Assembly (NCBI GenBank): GCA_030390025.1
Contig: CM059431.1
Location: 99,326,001-99,390,000, forward strand
Source of the DNA: Squalus acanthias
Taxonomy: Eukaryota
Direction: 5' to 3'
Length of the DNA stretch: 64,000 nt
The notes beneath the pieces are model-generated. The model made no database searches, was not told where the DNA came from, and was given only the letters and a program-made list of their open reading frames with translations. Positions 12,393 to 23,926 of the stretch are shown here, one piece after another. The translations under genes were made by a program, and so were the position numbers. Within the stretch, counting starts at the first letter, position 1; every line of letters begins with the position of its first letter.

Positions 12393-12731
12393 AGCCACTG
12401 CGAACACTTGATGTGGAGGAGCTGGCCTGTGATTGGCCCCCTTCCTGTTGTCCTCCCCACAACCATTAACTGCGAGGCAAGTGTTCCGAAATTCATCCTC
12501 TTGAAATGGACGGGGTACATCTGGAATCACGACAAGTAATTCACGTGTTTTACGCCTGTCTATAGCTGTAGAGGGAGTGTTTCCAGAAAGGCATTGATGA
12601 AATTTATAAGACGTCACTCATGATGTACATCTGGGATCCACTTAGAGATTTCAAGAGCAAAGAAGTTATGTTGAACTTATATAGAACCTTGGTAAGGCCT
12701 CCCCTGGATTACTGTGCACCGTTCTGGTCTC

Positions 12732-12887
12732 TAATGTTCCTTGTAAGTTGCGCAGCTGCACAGCACTCCAGGGAACCCGCGCAGCCGGCTTTTGAATGCA
12801 AAAAGCTCACATGCGTAGTATTTTGAATGGCCCACGCAGCCCCTTAAAGGGGCTGCATGGCGCCAAAAATAATTACAGGGAACGTTG
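12732..12887. mobile_element. hAT-type MITE (family 1)
   Basis: Termini TAATGTTCC...GGAACGTTG with a perfect 8-bp TSD CTGGTCTC inside the CR1. Confidence 0.85.
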
Positions 12888-13134
12888 CTGGTCTCCATAT
12901 TATAAAAAGGATATCGAGGCACTGGAGAAGGTACAAAGAAGATTTAGCAGGATGATACCAGGACTGAGAGGTTATATCTATCAGGAAAGACTGAACAGGC
13001 TGGGGCTCTTTTCTCTAGAAAAGAGAAGGCTGAGGGGTAACCTGATAGAGGTCTTTAAAATTATGAAAGGGTTTGATAGAGTAGACGTAGAGAAGATGTT
13101 TCCACTTGTGGAGGAGACGAAAACTAGGGGTCAT

Positions 13135-13274
13135 TCATCAGTTCTGACGAAAGGTCATCGACCTGAAACGTTGACTCTGTTTCTCTCTCCACAGATGCTG
13201 CCTGACCTGCTGAGTGTTTCCAGCATTTTCTGTTTTTATTTCAGATTTCCAGCATCCGCAGTGTTTTGCTTTTG
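13135..13274 (+). mobile_element. Penelope-like element terminal fragment
   Basis: Same sequence as 53938-54073, 58980-59300 and 63345-63632 in the opposite orientation. Contains a hammerhead motif, as described for Penelope-like termini. Confidence 0.65.
13140..13176 (+). ncRNA. Minimal type I hammerhead ribozyme motif
   Basis: AGUU-CUGACGA-A-AGGUC(AUC)GACCU-GAAA-C-GU-U-GACU. Conserved CUGANGA and GAAA cores, 5-bp helix II, palindromic ACGU helix III, 4-bp helix I. Confidence 0.65.
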
Positions 13275-14066
13275 ACATCAATATAAGATAGTCACTAATA
13301 AATCTAATAAGGAATTCAGGAGAAAATTCTTCACCCAGAGAGTGGTGAGAATGTGGAACTCGCTAAACACAGGGAGTGGTTGAGGTGGATAGCAGAGAGA
13401 CATTTAAGGGGAAACTAGCTAAGTACGTGATGGAGAAAGGAATCGAAGGATATGCTGACAGGGTGAGATGAAGAGGGGAGGGAGGAGGCTGGTGTGGAGC
13501 AGAAACACCGGCACGGACCAGTTGGGCCGAATGGCCTGTTTCTGTGCTGTACATGCTGTGTAATTCTATAAATGCTGAATGAGTAATGTCACTCTGCAAC
13601 CCACAGGTTGATGAATAGTGGTACTTTCCTTTTTCAGTTCAGTTTTTTATTGGCTTTTTATCAATTTACGTTCGTTCATCCATCACTATCAAACTAGGCC
13701 AATTGGACTAGTTACATATACACGCATTTAGGTTCATCTAACAGTGCTGAATGCTTTGAGTGAATAATACCTGTGCCAAGCCTTCATTACACTGTGCACT
13801 GACCCATACATACAGATTAATATTCTTGTTCAAATTAGGAGGTTCCTTTCCTTCCAAATGTCAGTGAACCTGTTGTCTAAATTGAATCTCAATCCGTTGA
13901 TTGGATTTAAGATTAAAAGATAATCTGTGCAGATGTCTTGAAGATATGAATTGCCCAAACCTTGGTTTCCTTTTAATTTAGACCAGTTTGTGTCCCGCTC
14001 TCCGACACAAGGCTGTAGGATCCTACACCCACAATATTGCCAGATCCCAACAACCCCTCAATACTG

Positions 14067-14135
14067 CCTTCTCAAGGGCAATTAGGGATGGGCAATAAAT
14101 GCCGGCCTTGCCAGCGATGCCCACATCTCATGAAT
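14067..14135 (+). mobile_element. LINE family B 3' tail
   Basis: ctcaagggcaattagggatgggcaataaatg... tail, inverted relative to the adjacent copy. Confidence 0.8.
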
Positions 14136-14159
14136 TGAGTTTAAATTTTTTTTTAAAAT

Positions 14160-15060
14160 TCGTTTTGTGGGACGTGGGCGTCTCTGGCAAGGCCGGCATT
14201 TATTGCCCATCCCTAATTGCCCTTGAGGAGGTGGTGGTGAGCCGCCTTCTTGAACCGCTGCAGTCCGTGTGCTGAAGGTGCTCCCACAGTGCTGTTAGGG
14301 AGGGAGTTCCAGGATTTTGACCCAGCGACGATGAAGGATCGGCGATATACTTCTAAGTCAGGATGGTGTGTGACTTGAAGGGGAACTTGGAGGTGGTGGT
14401 GTTCCCGTGCGCCTGCTGCCCTTGTCCTTCTAGGTGGAAGAGGTCGCGGGTTTGGGAGGTGTTGACAAAGAAGCCTTGGTGAGTTGCTGCAGTGCATCTT
14501 GTAGATGGTACACACTGCAGCCACGGTGCGCCGGTGGTGGAGGGAGTGAATGTTTAAGGTGGTGGATGGGGTGCCAATCAAGCGGGCTGCTTTGTCCTGG
14601 ATGGTGTCGAGCTTCTTGAGTGTTGTTGCAGCTGCACTCATCAGGCAAGTGGAGAGTATTCCATCACACTCCTGACTTGTGCCTTGTAGATGGTGGAAAG
14701 GCTTTGGGGAGTCAGGAGGTGAGACACTCGCTGCAGAATACCCAGCCTCTGACCTGCTCTTGTTGCCACAGTATTTATGTGGTTGGTCCAGTTAAATTTC
14801 TGGTCAATGGTGACCCCCAGGATGTTGATGGTGGGGGATTCGGCAATGGTAATGCCGTTGAATGTCAAGGGGCGTTGGTTAGACTCTCGCTTGTTGGAGA
14901 TAGTTATTGCCTGGCACTTCTGTGGCGCGAATGTTACCTGCCACTTATCAGCCCAAGCCTGAATGTCGTCCAGGTCTTGTTGCATGCGGGTATGGACTGC
15001 TTCATTATTTGAGGAGTTGTGAATGGCACTGAACACTGTGCAATCATCAGCGAACATCCC
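14160..15060 (-). mobile_element. CR1-supergroup LINE (family B), RT C-terminal fragment
   Basis: MFADDCTVF RT motif, then ATRAGQRLGIL...IYKAQVRSVMEYSPLA. Confidence 0.9.
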
Positions 15061-15135
15061 AGTGCTGAACCACCAATGCTCCAAATCCTATTCCCCAGTC
15101 TGCAGGATTCAGGCCGCTGTTCCACAGACTACCAC

Positions 15136-15302
15136 CAACATTCACCGTAAGCTGCGCTTTGTTCTGCGCGGCCTGTTTCTTTTAGCGTGCGGACACTTTA
15201 AATTTCCGCGCACGGGCGATATTTCCAATGGAGAAGCCAGTGAGCTGCCTGCGCGGGACCTTTCCCAGTGCTGCGCGGCCGAGCAGCTTAGAGGGAACAT
15301 TG
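15136..15302. mobile_element. hAT-type MITE (family 1)
   Basis: Termini CAACATTC...GGGAACATTG. TSD ACTACCAC/GCTACCAC. Confidence 0.8.
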
Positions 15303-15338
15303 GCTACCACTGCTCTCAAATCCCTTCCCAGTGCTCGC

Positions 15339-15662
15339 CAGGCGTTGCCAACTATGGTCGGACATATTCCTGGAGGTTTCATCACACGACTTCCTGCCTC
15401 CAACCGTCCCGCCCCCGCGCTCCCGCCATTGGTCGCCCAAAACGCCCATCTTCTCAGCCCACCGCCTTCCCACGGCCAATTGGAAGGCAAACAGGCTCCT
15501 AATTACATGATTGGATGATGCTCGACTGTCAGTCAAACAGCCTCTTTATCCTATCTCCAATATTTGCATAACTAATAAATGTTCAAAGAAAATTCCGTGT
15601 CCTGGAAATTAATCTTCAATTCCTGGAGACTCCAGGGCAATCCTGGAGGGTTGGTAACCCCA
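15339..15662. mobile_element. hAT-type MITE (family 2)
   Basis: Termini CAGGCGTTGCCAAC and GTTGGTAACCCCA. 8-bp TSD GTGCTCGC/GTGCTCAC. Confidence 0.65.
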
Positions 15663-15978
15663 GTGCTCACACACCCCTGGACCACGTCTCTAGTGCTCCC
15701 AGACGCAGAGACGTCCCTCCTCAGCTCCCCGGATTCCAGGATCCTTCTCCCAGTTCTCCAAGACCCCAGGAATTGCTCCATTATTAATAGAACTGCTCTC
15801 TTCAGTGTTTACAGAGCTCTGCGAACCCCAGTGCAAATGCCAATACACCCTGAGGCTCCTATCTGTCTTGAGAGACAGACTAGTATTGCCAAGAAAGATC
15901 TTTATTGCTGGCTTTTTGGATAAAAAATGTTTTTGCTGCCTCAACACTTGTTGCAGAATGCGGTTAGAGTTTTACACT

Positions 15979-16556
15979 AGGTGATGGGGGCTGTGTTTGG
16001 TAATGAGACACCAGCCCGGTGATGGGGGACTGTGCTCGGTAATGAGACACCAGCCCGGTGATGGGGGACTGTGCTCGGTAATGAGGCACCAGCTCGGTGA
16101 TGGGGGACTGTGCTCGGTAATGAGGCACCAGCCCGGTGAGGGGGGACTGTGCTCGGTAATGAGACACCAGCCGGTGAGGGGGGACTGTGCTCGGTAATGA
16201 GACACCAGCCCGGTGAGGGGGGGCTGTGTTTGGTAATGAGACACCAGCCTGGTGAGGGGGGGCTGTGCTCGGTAATGAGACACCAGCCCGGTGAGGGGGG
16301 ACTGTGCTCGGTAATGAGACACCAACCCGGTGAGGGGGGGCCGTGTTTGGTAATGAGACACCAGCCCGGTGATGGGGGACTGTGCTCGGTAATGAGACAC
16401 CAGCCCGGTGAGGGGGGGCTGTGTTTGGTAATGAGACACCAGCCCGGTGAGGGGGGACTGTGCTCGGTAATGAGACACCAGCCCGGTGAGGGGGGGCCGT
16501 GTTTGGTAATGAGACACCAGCCCGGTGATGGGGGACTGTGCTCGGTAATGAGACAC
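15979..16556. repeat. 39-bp minisatellite (~15 copies)
   Basis: Unit approximately ccagcccggtga(g/t)gggggactgtgctcggtaatgagaca. 13-aa periodicity in the ORF track. Confidence 0.95.
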
Positions 16557-17351
16557 CTGCCCGTTTGTAGTATGGATTATTTGGATGCCGATGAGGTGAA
16601 AACGACCACAAGCTCCCTTGGCAGCTGCAGAGGTTTTGCCTGGTCACTCCAGAGCCACAAAGAGTATTTCCCCACCACAGAGTAAGAATGCCCTCTCTCA
16701 CCTGACCATACAACTGTTCCACACCACCTGACCATAAACCGCGGTCGGTCAATCCAACACCCGCCTCCTATACCTGAAGGATCATTCGGATCTCTTGGTT
16801 TCCCTATTTCTCCACCTATTGCTTGGCACATTGGTGCCACCCTCTTACTGGCTTCCACAGAGGTGGAGAGTCGTGGTGTCCAGACTGCCACTTGGGGCCC
16901 TACTGCGGTCCCAGCTGTTGCACATCAGCACGCACTAATTCACAGGGGATGGAACCTTGGAAATAAACAACGAGACCTGCAAATCACAGCTTCGGGCCAA
17001 CGCAGCATCATTCTAAAAGCTTGCTAATCATCATCAGATAACAATCCCACCTCATTACCAAAACCAAAGCCTCTGGCTCTCCCATGAGACTTTGACGTGT
17101 GCATACCCCTTTAACGATGCTGGCGCCTTTAAGGCTGTGGTTGCACCCAGATGTCCTCTTCGGTTTCTCTTCCTGTGCCAGATGCAGCTTCTCGTATTTA
17201 AATTGTGCGTGATAGGAATTTTGGGGACACTTGTCGCCTTACTCTGTGAGCTTCTGCCAGAAGAGGAAGATCAATCAACCTTATTGATTATTCTGAAATC
17301 AATAATAGACATTTGTTTTTTTTAATTTGAAGGTGTTGGTGTACTTCTCTT

Positions 17352-17572
17352 ATAGAATCGTAGAATAGTGCAGCGCAGAAGGAGGCCATTCGGCCCATTG
17401 AGTCTGTGCTGCCTCTTTCGAAGAGCGATCCAGTTAGTCCCACTCCTCCCCACTCTTTCCCCAAATCCCTGCAATTCTTTTCTCCTTCCAGTATTTATCC
17501 AATTCCCTTTTGAAGGCTGTTATTGAATCTGTATCCACCGCCCTCTCAGGCAGCGCATTCCCAATCCGAACC
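17352..17572 (-). mobile_element. CR1-like LINE 3' fragment
   Basis: NALPERAVDTDSITAFKRELDKY on the - strand, plus tail. Confidence 0.8.
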
Positions 17573-18327
17573 ACTTTACGGCATTGGCCGGTTTCACCTG
17601 GACAGGTGCTGCCCTGTAGGCCGGAGTGTTGAGGACGATATTTTAAACACTCACGGGACATGTTTTTGAATTTGTCGAGCTGCGTGGAAGTTTATGACAC
17701 GACAGATGTGCAGGAGTCCGGCGACTAGCAGCAGCTGCATTTGATGTGTTTGCGTTTCCAGGTTGTCACTGAAGTGAATGGGTAATGGGGGTTATACAAG
17801 GCGAATTATGCTAATGATACAAGGACCCTGTTGCCATGGTTTGAGGGCATCTTGTCACTTGTGGAAATAAAAATAAGCAAAGCTTCTCCTCGCATGCCTG
17901 ATATTTACATTTAATTGGTTGTGATTTAGGATAAGCTTATAATTAATGTAGGATTAAGTTACCGTGTGACCAATTAAATGACCTGCTAGACTGGAATGAA
18001 AGTTAATGACAGTCTGACTCTGGGTCTTTGGCTGTTTCTTAATGTGTCTGTGTTTTTAGACTCTCAGACTCGCTCTCAGACACCTGTGGTTCAGTGCACT
18101 GTTGAGTGGTAACAATTGGTAATAATTCTTTACATTTGCAGATGTTAATATGACAATCCTTTCATTGGGAAATATACTTGTGGAATAAATGCCGACCACA
18201 AGCCATTTAAAAAAAAACATTAGTAATGATACATGAAACACAGGTTATAAAAATGTACTGAATAATAAATCTATTTAGTTGAAATTGGGCACTTTCTAAT
18301 GTACTTTTAATATATAGTTGATGCATT

Positions 18328-18537
18328 ACATAGAATCTCCAGCATAGAAACAGGCCATTCGGCCCAACTGGTCCGTGCCGGTGTTTCTGCTCCACACGAG
18401 CCTCCTCCCACCCCTCTTCATCTCACCTCATCAACACATCCTTCTATTCCTTTCTCCCGCATGTGTTTATCCAGCTTCCCCTTAAATGCATCTCTGCTAT
18501 TCGCCTCAACCACTCCCTGTGGTAGCGAGTTCCACAT
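18328..18537 (-). mobile_element. CR1-like LINE 3' fragment
   Basis: Tail agaaacaggccattcggcccaactgg, shared with the copy at 31258-31932. Confidence 0.8.
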
Positions 18538-20845
18538 TAGAATCATAGAAATTTACAGCACAGGAGGAGGCCATTCGGCCCATCGTGTCCGTGCTGGCTC
18601 TTTGAAAGAGCCGTCATGCTCAGTCCCACATCCCCACTTTTTGTCGGTAACCCTGTGAGTTCCCCATCCACAAGTACCATCCAACTCCCTTTTAAAATTA
18701 TTGATGGAATCAGCTTCCACCACCTTTTCAGGTCGAGTGTTCCAGATCCCCACAACTCTCGGAGTGAAAACATTCTCCTCCTCTTCCCTCTGGATCTTTT
18801 GCCAATGATTTTACATCTATGACCTTTGGTTATTGACCCACTCGCCAGAGGGAATTATTTGTCTCTATCTACTCTATCAAAACCTCTCATGATCTTGAAA
18901 ACCTCTATTAGTTCATCTCTTAACCTTCTCTGTTCCAAGGAGAACAGTCCTAACTTTTCCAACCTCTCCTCATAACTGAAGTCCCGGATGTTGCAGACCT
19001 TATTATGAAAATCCCTTCATCTGGAAATATTGATGGAATAAATGCAGCCTGCAAACCATTTAAAAAAAAAAGGTGTGGAGCATAAACACCGGCACAGACC
19101 AGTTGGGCCAAATGGCCTGTTTCTGTGCTATGCAACAACCATGTATTAAAAATGCTTTAAAAGTGTCAGCTGTGGCTCAGTGGGTAGCACACTCGCCTCT
19201 GAGTCAGAAGGTTGTGGGTTCAAGCCCCATTCCAGGGACTTGAGAACAAAAATCTAGGCTGACACTCCAGTGCAGTACTGAGGGAGTGCTGCACTGTCGG
19301 AGGTGCTGTCTTTCAGATGAGACGTTAAACCGAGGTCCAGACTGCTCTCTCAGGTGGACATAAAAGATCCCACAGCACTATTTCAAAGAAGAGCAGGTGA
19401 GTTTCCCCGGTGTCCTGGGTCCAATATTTATCCCTCAATCAACATCACTAAAACAGATTATCTGGTCATTATCACATTGCTGTTTGTGGGAGCTTGCTGT
19501 GTGCAAATTGGCTGCCGTGGTTCCTACATTAAAGCAGTGACTACACTCCAAAAAGTACTTCATTGGCTGTAAAGCGCTTTGAGACGTCTGGTGGTCGTGA
19601 AAGGCGCTGTAGAAATACAAGTCTTTCTTTGTTCTCTTTCATTAGAAGGTGCCTAATTTCAACTAAATAGATTTATTATTCAGTGCATTTTTATACATGT
19701 GTTTTATTAAACATGTATCATTACTAATTTTTTTTTAATGGTTTGTGGTAGACATTTATTCCTCATCCCTGGTAACATCCTGGTAAACCTCCCCTGCACC
19801 CTTTCTAAGGCCTTTATACCTTTCCTGAAGTGTGGTGCCCAGAATTGTCCACAATACTCCAGCTGAGACCTAACCAGTGATTTATAAGGTTTGAGCATGA
19901 TCTCTTTGCTTTTATATTCTATTCCTCTATTTATAAACCCAAGTAACCCATATGCTTTTTTAACCACTTTATCAACTTGCTCTGCCATCTTTAAGGATTT
20001 GTGTAAATGGACACCAAGGTCTCTCTGCCCATCTACACTTTTCAAAATTGTGCCATTTATAGTTTACGGTCTTTCCATATTAGTCCTCCCAAAGTGCATC
20101 ACTTCACACTTCTCCACATTGATCTCCATCTGCCGTGCTTCTGCCCATTTCACCATCCTGTCTGTGTCATCCTGAAGTCTACAACTATCCTCATCGCTAT
20201 CTACAACGTTGCCAAGTTTCGTACCATCTGCAAACTTTATAATGCTGCTCCCTACACCCGAGTCTAAAAAGAGTAATGAACCCCAAGCTGACCCATGGGG
20301 AACACCACTGCAAACCACCTCCCAGTCTGAAAAACATCCACCACCACCCTCTGCTTCCTGTCACTGAGCCAATTCCGTATCCATACCGCCACTATCCCCT
20401 TAATTCCACGAGCTTCCATCTTCTTAACAAGCCTCCTGTGCGGCACTTTGTCGAATGCCTTCCGAAAGTCCATATGTACAACACCTACCGCACTACCTTG
20501 ATCAACCTTCTCTGTTACCTCATCAAAGAATTCAATCAAGTTAGTCAGACACGATTTGCCTTTAACAAATTCATGCTGGCTCTCCTTGATTAACCCATGC
20601 CTTTCCAAATGAAAGCTTATTTTGTCCCTGATAATGGTTTCCAATAACTTCCCCACCACCGATGTTAGGCGGACTGGCCTGTAGTTTCCTGGTTCATCCC
20701 TCTCCCCTTTCTTGAATAGTGGTATAACATTAGCGACCCTCCAGTCCTCCAGCACTACTCCTGTATCCAATGAAGTTTGAAAAATTGTGACTAATGCCTC
20801 TGCTATTTCTACCTTTGTTTCTTTCGGCAACCTAGGATATTCTAA
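18538..20845 (-). mobile_element. CR1 LINE with decayed RT domain, split by an insertion at ~18986-19760
   Basis: DWRVANVIPLFKKG...NYRPV.LTSVVGKLLE...DFRKAFDKVPH, GVPHGS, KFADGTKLG. The two halves join as ...cataactgaagtccc|tcatccctgg... Confidence 0.9.
19163..19640 (+). mobile_element. Full-length Deu-domain SINE (SacSINE1-like)
   Basis: Pol III A box TGGCTCAGTGG (19173) and B box GGTTCAAGCCC (19217), Deu core, L2-like tail ending in a TTTC-rich run. Confidence 0.9.
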
Positions 20846-21242
20846 CCACTCTCTGGGTAACATAGTATTTTAACTTTCTCATGAATCTCCCTTAAGCAGC
20901 AAATATTATGCTATGATTAATTTTCCTAAATTACTAGCTGCAATATATATAATTGCATGTGGATTGGCAGTTATCTGCTCTAAGTATTTCAGTAGACATT
21001 CTACCTCTGGGGAAATGTCTTGGCCCAGTGGTATATAAACTGAGGTTAACATGCCCTTTTCGAATTATTATCAAAATTACATGAACATAGGAGACATATA
21101 TAGGCCATGCCTGAAGGTTCAATAATGCTGTCTCACTGGGTGTATCGAGTATAAAACACTGCAAACTGGTGGACAATGGAACTGACAGGGAACATGTTTA
21201 ATATGAAGCTTTTTATAGTTACTATAGATTTTTTTAAGCATA

Positions 21243-22010
21243 TGTGCCAGGCAATGACTATCTCCAACAAGCGAAGGTCTAATCACCGCCCCTTGACATT
21301 CAATGGCATTACCATCGCTGAATCCCCCACAATCAACATCCTGGGGATCACCATTGACCAGAAACTTAACTGGACCAGTCACATAAATTCTGTGGCGACA
21401 AGAGCAGGTCAGAGGCTGGGTATTCTGCGGCGAGTGTCTCACCTCCTGACTCCCCAAAGCCTTTCCACCATCTACAAGGCACAAGTCAGGAGTGTGATGG
21501 AATACTCTGCACTTGCCTGGATGAGTGCAGCTCCAACAACACTCAAGAAGCTCGCCACCATCCAGGACAAAGCAGCCCGCTTGATTGGCACCTCATCCAC
21601 CACCTTAAACATTCACTACCTCCACCACCGGCGCACCGTGGCTGCAGTGCGTACCATCTACAAGATGCACTGCAGCAACTCACCAAGGCTTCTTCGGCAA
21701 CAACTCCCAAACCCGTGACCTCTTCCACCTAGAAGGACAAGGGCAGCAGGCGCATGGGAACACCACCACCTGCAAGTTCCCCTCCAAGTCACACATCATC
21801 CTGACTTAGAAGTATATCGGCCAATCCTTCATCGTCGCTGGGTCAAAATCCTGGAACTCCCTCCCTAACAGCGCTGTGGGAGCACCTTCACCACACGGAC
21901 TGCAGCGGTTCAAGAAGGCGGCTCACCACCACCTTCTCAAGGGCAATTAGGGATGGGCAATAAATGCTGGCCTTGCCAGCGATGCCCACATCCCATAAAC
22001 GAATAAAAAA
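21243..22010 (+). mobile_element. LINE family B 3' fragment
   Basis: CQAMTISNKR...ATRAGQRLGILRRVSHLL...IYKMHC, plus 3' tail. Confidence 0.9.
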
Positions 22011-22133
22011 ATGTATTTATTGTTTGGGCGGGTGGTAAATGGGAGAACTGACTGTAGCACAGAATGCTTCATAGGTGACAGCAGTGTCGGGTTACTGTTT
22101 AAAGTAAACTCACATAGCACTGAACAAAGGTAC

Positions 22134-22918
22134 AGGGCTGGATTTTGAATGACCCATGGAGTCGGGTTTGGAGGCGTGTGGGGGGTTAAATTTGCGGGGT
22201 CGGGGGTCCCGACCCCATCCCGACTCCATCCCGCCTCCACGCAATTTTGACAAAATCAGTCGCGGGGTTCCCGACTCCGTCCCGCCTCCAAGAGGCGGGA
22301 GAGGCCATTAAAGCCCTTAACAAGCCCTAAATTGGCTCTGTAATGCCATTTTAAAACGTTTCAGCTAGTTTAACCCTTTTCTGACGTGTAGCACGCCTGG
22401 TGTGAAACACTCCAGTGAAACCTGGCGGGAGCACAAGTGGATAGCTGACTATCAGCTGCAGGTCCACTATTACAACGGAGATGTGATGAAGCTAGTAGTA
22501 GTATTAGGTCTGAAAGTCACCTCTGATGCTGCTGCATTGAATGTCTTCAGAGACTGCATGGCATTTGGTGTGAGAGGACTTGGATGCAAAAACAAATTCT
22601 CTCTCTCTCTCTCTCTCTCTCTCCCCTTCCCGACACACACACATTTTGCTTCCAGCTCCACTCACATCAAAAGCAAGCCAGGCAGGTCCTCTCTCACCAA
22701 CAGTCTCTGAGACTAGGCAGTCAGCAATGATGACATCATCAGAGGCGACTTTCAGACTGAAACCACTAATTAGTTCATGGGTTCCCACATGCTGGAACTC
22801 AATTGCCCAATTAAGTGAAAATTGCATCATCCATCCACATTAATCTGGAGTCGGTGGGGGGAAACACGAAATGCGGATGACACGACCCCAACCCGACCCC
22901 AAGACAAAATCCAGCCCT
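22134..22918. mobile_element. Non-autonomous TIR element (Harbinger-like MITE)
   Basis: Perfect 14-bp TIR AGGGCTGGATTTTG / CAAAATCCAGCCCT. Internal (TC)n at ~22599-22622. No clear TSD. Confidence 0.75.
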
Positions 22919-23085
22919 ATGTGTCTACACTTCAAAAGTACTTAATTGGCTGTAAAGCGCTTTGGGACGTCCTGAGGTCGTGTAAGGTGCTAAATGCCAG
23001 TTTTTCTCCTCTTCTTTCTCCTCTTCTTTCTCTTCTTTCTCTCTAAAACTTATACAGGAAAGCAAAAACAAACAGGCAGTCTAAA

Positions 23086-23305
23086 GTTGTTGTGATCTGG
23101 AATGCGCTGCCTGAAAGTGCAGTGGAAGCAGATTCAATAGTAACTTTCAAAAGGGAATTGGATGAATATTCGAAAAGGAGAAATTTGCAGGGCTCCGGGG
23201 AAAGAGCAGGGGGGAGTGGGACTAATTGGAGAGCTCTTTCAAAGAGCCGGCACAGGCACGATGGGCCGAATGGTCTCCTTCTGTGCCGTACGATTCTATG
23301 ATATG
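23086..23305 (+). mobile_element. CR1-like LINE 3' fragment
   Basis: IWNALPESAVEADSIVTFKRELDEY plus tail. Confidence 0.8.
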
Positions 23306-23759
23306 ATAAAGGAAAGATAATCAGTGGCGTTGCCTGAAATTTCCACCTACTGTGTAATACAGCAAATTTTCAAAACGGATGGTGCCAAGAACAAAATGTT
23401 AGCAATTGGGTTTATTTCTTTCCATCTTGGTAATGGAGTTGGGGAGGAGCAAGTAGGGGATTATTTTTTTGCAACAGTTCTAGCTTAGCTTTAAGTGGGA
23501 ACAAATTGAATCTTAGATTTCAAAGAAGGTCTTTTACTAACTTACTGTGTGGAAAGCATTGGTGTTGTGACCCCTTGGGCGAAGTTTTATTGCAAACGAT
23601 TAATCCAGTTGTACCAAATTCCCCCTCTCCACTATTTTAATACCTGTTTATTTTAACAAGTGGAGGGGATTTTGATTAAAAATATGTAGCATTGCCTATA
23701 ATTTCCAGGCCCTAATTGTGATTGGCCCAAAGCCCGCAAACAAGCAACCTTTTTAAGGG

Positions 23760-23926
23760 AATGTATTTAAGGGGAAACTCGATAAGCACATGAGGGAGAA
23801 AGGGATAGAAGGATATGCTGATGGGGTGAGATGAAGAGGGGAGGGAGGAGGCTGGTGTGGAGCACAAACACCGGCACGGACCAGTTGGGCCGATTGGCCT
23901 GTTTCTGTGATATAAATTCTGTGTAA
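23760..23926 (+). mobile_element. CR1-like LINE tail
   Basis: Matches the tail of the copy at 31258-31932. Confidence 0.75.

Larger units (their letters stand above)
12640..13568 (+). mobile_element. CR1-like LINE carrying two nested insertions
   Basis: KSKEVMLNLYRTLVRP...WSPYYKKDIEALEKVQRRF...LGLFSLEKRRLRG. Interrupted at 12732-12887 and 13135-13274. Confidence 0.9.

Noticed and set aside
16572..16681. MDYLDADEVK... as an alternative first coding exon with a GA|GTAAGA donor
   Set aside because: No recognisable homology. Any ORF ending in G-TAA-G mimics a phase-2 donor.
15964..16752. Long repetitive ORFs (also at 26958, 44395, 56819, 59188)
   Set aside because: Artefacts of stop-free minisatellite units, open in several frames and on both strands.
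17762..17781. Possible 20-nt micro-exon (tttccag|...GG|GTAATG)
   Set aside because: Weak donor and no independent support.
19163..19235. tRNA genes suggested by A/B boxes
   Set aside because: These are SINE heads that continue into SINE core and tail sequence.
20264..20863. Functional reverse transcriptase gene
   Set aside because: Frameshifted across several ORFs, catalytic FADD mutated to FADG, truncated and interrupted.
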